Origin: Nostoc sp. PCC 7120 = FACHB-418
Lineage (GTDB): Bacteria; Cyanobacteriota; Cyanobacteriia; Cyanobacteriales; Nostocaceae
Assembly (NCBI RefSeq): GCF_000009705.1
Contig: NC_003272.1
Span: forward strand, 4,590,001 to 4,622,000
DNA: 32,000 nucleotides
Reading direction: 5' to 3'
The position numbers were made by a program, and so were the translations under genes. This document shows positions 28,401-32,000 of this stretch, in pieces. The notes beneath the pieces were generated by a model, which was not told the origin of the DNA, did no database searches, and saw only the letters and a program-made list of their open reading frames with translations. Position 1 is the first letter of the stretch. Each line of letters begins with the position of its first letter.

Positions 28401-28566
28401 CTAAGAACCAAATACTTATGGTCAGATTGTAAATAAGAAATCTGCAAGTGTAGCGATCGCCAACAGTCCTTAAATTAAATTCCCTACAGGCGATCGCTCT
28501 CTTTGTTCACCCTCAGCCAGAATTTCTTGATAAATCACTGACTCGCGCATTATTCCCTCTCCGAAT
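28401..28566 (-). pseudogene. Chimeric scar: a decayed copy of the DUF456 3' end fused to a copy of an internal Rpn-gene segment
   Basis: 28401-28488 aligns with 29407-29494 (the DUF456 tail) but has in-frame stops. 28490-28566 aligns with 28720-28820 (Rpn codons MRESVIYQEILAEGEQ...RERS). The junction sits at a GCGATCGC. Confidence 0.7.
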
Positions 28567-29395
28567 GCGTATCTAACCACGAGAATAAATCAGCCAAGTT
28601 AGTAAAATCTAACAGCGCTTCGCCCAGATTTTCTAATTGTTCTAGGGAGAGAGTTTCTAGGCGATCGCCCATATCTTGGGGTAATTCTCCTACTCGTCGT
28701 GTTAATAGTCGGAGAACGAGCGATCGCTCCCGTTGTTCACCTATTTGTTCACCTCGTTGTTCACCCTCAGCCAAAATTTCCTGATAAATCACTGACTCGC
28801 GCATCATTCCCTCCCGGAATAGTTGTTTAATCAATTCTTTTCTATATTTTAACCCTGCTAATATTTGAGTATAAGCCGATATTTCTGAGCGTTGTGTAGG
28901 TTCTAGTTGATTAACTTGTTCGACAACTTGTTGTAGTAAAACTTGTGGCTGATTTGTTGCTGTAAGTGGTGCTAAAGGTAACAAAGCCGAGTCATTGAGA
29001 AATAATTCTGGATTTTCCTCCCACATCCGAATTACTCTGTATTCATGACGTGTATTTTCTACTGAAAAAACAGTTTCAATCACTGTCCCTGGTGCGGGAG
29101 GAAGCAATAAAACCACAACTTGAGTGATTGGTAAACGATACAATCGATATAGCCTCACCCAATAATCCAACATCCGCAGAGGTAGTGGTGGGTTAGATTC
29201 GAGTTTGGTTTGAAATTCAAGATGGAGGATACGTCCTTCTAATTGTAAGAAGGTAACGTAATCAGCGCGTATTGGTTCAATGCTTAATTCGGTTTTGAGG
29301 ACTTTGACAGTTGTTTGAGGTGTTCCGAGAACCCAACTAGCAAAGTTTTCGGGATATTTTTCTGATAACAGCTTGCAGAGATTATCAAATGACAT
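28550..29395 (-). CDS. Rpn-family recombination-promoting nuclease / putative transposase (PD-(D/E)XK head, DUF4351-like tail)
   Basis: N-terminus MSFDNLCKLLSEKYPENFASWVLG, then ADYVTFLQLEGRILHLEFQT (D...ExQ/K core). The C-terminus LVLRLLTRRVGELP...LSLEQLENLGEALLDF resembles DUF4351. Confidence 0.8.
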   Translation of the reverse strand: MSFDNLCKLLSEKYPENFASWVLGTPQTTVKVLKTELSIEPIRADYVTFLQLEGRILHLEFQTKLESNPPLPLRMLDYWVRLYRLYRLPITQVVVLLLPPAPGTVIETVFSVENTRHEYRVIRMWEENPELFLNDSALLPLAPLTATNQPQVLLQQVVEQVNQLEPTQRSEISAYTQILAGLKYRKELIKQLFREGMMRESVIYQEILAEGEQRGEQIGEQRERSLVLRLLTRRVGELPQDMGDRLETLSLEQLENLGEALLDFTNLADLFSWLDTHSERE

Positions 29396-29406
29396 TGATG
29401 ATAATT

Positions 29407-29925
29407 TTAGCTACCAAATACTTGTGGCCAAGTTGTAAATAAGAATACTGCAACTGTAGCGATCGCCAAAACTCCTTGAATTAAATTTCCTACCAACGTA
29501 CCGACAACAATACCAATACCAGCCTTCACAGCCAACCAAAATTCCCTTCGGTAAATATACTCACCCACAATCGCCCCTAACAACGGCCCAAATAAAATCC
29601 CCAACAATGGGCCGCCAAAAGGCAAAGCTGGTAATAATCCGAAAAATCCCAAAACCAAACCCACAAATGCGCCAATTTGACCCCACTTGCTAGCACCTGC
29701 TTGTTTTGCACCCAAGTATCCAGCTAGAAAATCAACTCCAATACTTAAAATTAAGACAATAATTGTCACAATCAAGGGAATTTTAATCGCTGCAAAGGAA
29801 CTACTAACAATTCCCCAAATGATAATGGCAATTAAAATTAAACTGGTTCCAGGGATAGCAGGAACTACTGCACCAACAACACCTACCAGCATTAAGGCAA
29901 TGAGTAGCCAATAAAGAATTTGCAT
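29407..29925 (-). CDS. DUF456-family integral membrane protein
   Basis: 172 aa with Gly/Ala-rich TM helices (VPAIPGTSLILIAIIIWG, GLLPALPFGGPLLGILFGPLLGAIVGEY). The stop lies 11 nt before the Rpn start. Confidence 0.75.
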   Translation of the reverse strand: MQILYWLLIALMLVGVVGAVVPAIPGTSLILIAIIIWGIVSSSFAAIKIPLIVTIIVLILSIGVDFLAGYLGAKQAGASKWGQIGAFVGLVLGFFGLLPALPFGGPLLGILFGPLLGAIVGEYIYRREFWLAVKAGIGIVVGTLVGNLIQGVLAIATVAVFLFTTWPQVFGS

Positions 29926-29946
29926 GATTGATATTTTTGTAAAATT

Positions 29947-30588
29947 TTATATAGATTTGAGGGTTACAGCTAATTTATCAGCAATTCCTGCTATCCAATT
30001 TTCATCTTGTTTGGTGTAACTTCTAGGAGCATTTGCCCCTAAAATTAATACCCCTTCATTACCAATTGGTTGACAAATTACGCCTTGGGTATTTTCTGGT
30101 AAATAATCAAATTCAATTCGTCCTGGGTAGACATATAAAGCTACTAAATAAACAGGCTGTTGTTTTTCCAAAACTCGTTTAACGATCGCGCCTGGTGTAA
30201 CTTCTGCCTTTGGTGCCAGAATACCGCGACGTAACAAAACCTTACCTTGATAGTAAACCACCAGCGATCGCGTTACTGTGTTAGTCAACAATAAATGAGA
30301 TGCCCAGGCTAGTTCTGTTTTCACGGCTTCTGGTAAATCTGCTGCTAAAGCAAAACCTTCTTCGCCAATGAGTTCTACAGAATCAGGCGATCGCGGCTGT
30401 ACCTGCTGCCAAATTAAACCCGTTAAAATTAGCACAGCACTCAAAATCACTCCCAGCACATCACCACGGGCTTGAGAGTTTGTCAATTCTGGTGTCAATA
30501 AACGGTTAATTAGCAAAAGTATAGCGCCTAACCCACCTACTACTAAGGGTAAGCGCCGCAAAACTCGATTGGGATCAGGTTTGGTCAT
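29947..30588 (-). CDS. Cofactor assembly of complex C subunit B-like protein (CCB2/CCB4, DUF2930-type)
   Basis: 213 aa. Two N-terminal TM segments (LPLVVGGLGAILLLINRLL, VLGVILSAVLILTGLIW) are followed by a soluble domain. The family assignment is from memory of cyanobacterial annotation. Confidence 0.6.
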   Translation of the reverse strand: MTKPDPNRVLRRLPLVVGGLGAILLLINRLLTPELTNSQARGDVLGVILSAVLILTGLIWQQVQPRSPDSVELIGEEGFALAADLPEAVKTELAWASHLLLTNTVTRSLVVYYQGKVLLRRGILAPKAEVTPGAIVKRVLEKQQPVYLVALYVYPGRIEFDYLPENTQGVICQPIGNEGVLILGANAPRSYTKQDENWIAGIADKLAVTLKSI

Positions 30589-30640
30589 TAGTCGTTAGTC
30601 CATAGTCAACAGTCAACAGTTAACAGTCAACAGTTAACAC
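30589..30640. repeat. STRR heptamer array (GTCAACA/GTTAACA)
   Basis: TAGTCGTTAGTCCATAGTCAACAGTCAACAGTTAACAGTCAACAGTTAACAC, between the rpaB stop and the downstream gene. Confidence 0.75.
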
Positions 30641-30648
30641 TTGTTCCT

Positions 30649-31386
30649 CTATTCTTCTCCTGGCTCAATTATGCGTTGAAACAAATAACCAGTACCCCTT
30701 GCTGTGAGAATTAATTCTGGGTTGCTGGGGTCATCTTCTAATTTTGCCCGTAAGCGGGAGATATGCACATCCACCACGCGGGTATCTACATGGCGTTCGG
30801 GAGTATAACCCCAGACTTCTTGTAAAATTTCCGAACGGGAAAAAGCTTCTCCAGAACGGCTGACTAGCAACTCTAGTAAACTGAATTCCATACCTGTCAA
30901 GCGGATACGCTCATCGCCTTTGTAAACTTGGCGCTTGTTGGTATCAATTTTGATATTGCCAACGTGAATCACTCCAGAACTGGGAATACCAGAGGCACCA
31001 GTTTTATCTACCCGTCGTAATACTGAGCGAATTCTTGCTTCTAGTTCTTTGGGTGAAAATGGTTTAACTACGTAGTCATCAGCACCTAACTCTAGACCAG
31101 TGATGCGATCGGCAACGTCCCCTAAGGCTGTTAGCATAATTATGGGGACATCCGATTCTTTACGTAGTTCTTGACAAACACCGTAACCATCTAGTTTTGG
31201 CATCATTACATCCAAAACCACTAAATCGGGGTCAGATTTGCGGAATGTGTCTAAAGCTTCTTCGCCATCCCCTGCTGTGACTACATCGTAGCCAATCATT
31301 GAAAGGCGCGTTTCTAAAATTCGGCGAATGCTAGCTTCGTCGTCTACTACCAGGATTTTTTCTTTATGACTTTCCAAGTTTTTCAA
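30649..31386 (-). CDS. rpaB: OmpR-family response regulator RpaB (Ycf27)
   Basis: KEKILVVDDEASIRRILETRLSMIGY...VMMPKLDGYGVCQELRKESDVPIIMLTALGDVADRITGLELGADDYVVKPFSPKELEARIRSVLRRV is nearly identical to RpaB sequences I recall. There is no in-frame ATG; the start is TTG at 31386 or TTG at 31377. Confidence 0.92.
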   Translation of the reverse strand: MKNLESHKEKILVVDDEASIRRILETRLSMIGYDVVTAGDGEEALDTFRKSDPDLVVLDVMMPKLDGYGVCQELRKESDVPIIMLTALGDVADRITGLELGADDYVVKPFSPKELEARIRSVLRRVDKTGASGIPSSGVIHVGNIKIDTNKRQVYKGDERIRLTGMEFSLLELLVSRSGEAFSRSEILQEVWGYTPERHVDTRVVDVHISRLRAKLEDDPSNPELILTARGTGYLFQRIIEPGEE

Positions 31387-31553
31387 TGCTCCTTAACTAA
31401 ACTTTTCATGATTAATTTTTAATACCATAATATTAAGATATCATTCCTTCAAATGATTTGGAAAATGCTCTAACTCTTGCTATTAATCGGATTTTCAATT
31501 TGAGCAATACTTAAGGAAAAATTAAGATATTTCATATTAGTTAACATTTAATA

Positions 31554-32000
31554 ATGGCAAAGCCCAAAACTTTTTACATTTGTAACGAATGTGGAGCAGA
31601 ATCTCCCCAATGGTTTGGTAAGTGTCCAGCTTGTGGTACTTACAATTCCTTAGAAGAACAGATTACCATTCAATCTTCCGTAGATGTACCTAAGGGGGGA
31701 GTTAGTGGTTGGCACGCTTCTCAGAATAATGGCAAAGCACCTGTTAAGCCGCCAAAAGCACGAGCTTCTTTAACATTTGACCAAATTACCGATCGCCAAA
31801 TTGCACGTTGGGAGTCTGGCTATGGGGAACTGGATCGGGTACTTGGTGGTGGTGTGGTTCCGGGTTCGATGGTGTTGATTGGTGGCGATCCTGGTATCGG
31901 TAAATCTACTTTATTACTACAAGTTTCAAATCAATTGGCGCAGAGATATCGGATTCTCTATGTAACTGGCGAAGAATCTGGGCAACAGGTAAAGTTAAGA
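31554..32000 (+). CDS. radA: DNA repair protein RadA (Sms), 5' part, running off the window
   Basis: My own translation: MAKPKTFYICNECGAESPQWFGKCPACGTYNSLEE (zinc ribbon) ... LIGGDPGIGKSTLLLQ (Walker A). The frame is open to base 32000. It is absent from the ORF track because there is no stop in the window. Confidence 0.9.
   Translation, partial: MAKPKTFYICNECGAESPQWFGKCPACGTYNSLEEQITIQSSVDVPKGGVSGWHASQNNGKAPVKPPKARASLTFDQITDRQIARWESGYGELDRVLGGGVVPGSMVLIGGDPGIGKSTLLLQVSNQLAQRYRILYVTGEESGQQVKLR

Overview
This window looks like chromosomal DNA from a filamentous, heterocyst-forming cyanobacterium of the Nostoc/Anabaena type. The evidence is frequent HIP1 octamers (GCGATCGC), STRR-type heptamer arrays in almost every spacer, and the gene content. 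Bases 1-21300 are mostly housekeeping genes: a HerA-like ATPase cut by the left edge, a group-2 sigma factor, cobO, a deoxyhypusine-synthase-like gene, an SDR, a P-loop NTPase plus TPR pair, Dps, carB, a second group-2 sigma factor, DUF760, MutT, a CBS protein and a HEAT-repeat protein. The order and strand pattern of the 11 genes from the first sigma factor to the second match my recollection of alr3800 (sigB2) to alr3810 (sigD) in Nostoc sp. PCC 7120, with Dps at alr3808. That is memory, not a search. Bases 21600-29400 look accessory: AT-rich by eye, with long spacers. This block holds a calpain-like cysteine protease with duplicated PPC/Ig modules, three PEP-CTERM paralogues (two nearly identical except for their sorting signals) and an Rpn-family nuclease gene flanked by recombination scars. 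The right end returns to core genes (DUF456, CCB-type cytochrome b6f assembly factor, rpaB, 5' part of radA). I found no rRNA, tRNA or CRISPR. The best candidates for something undescribed are: (1) the overlapping NTPase + TPR cassette at 8241-11358, (2) the calpain/PEP-CTERM block, (3) the mosaic scars around the Rpn gene, and (4) an in-frame palindromic heptamer insert inside carB. All functions are inferred from motifs read by eye, and no homology search was run.
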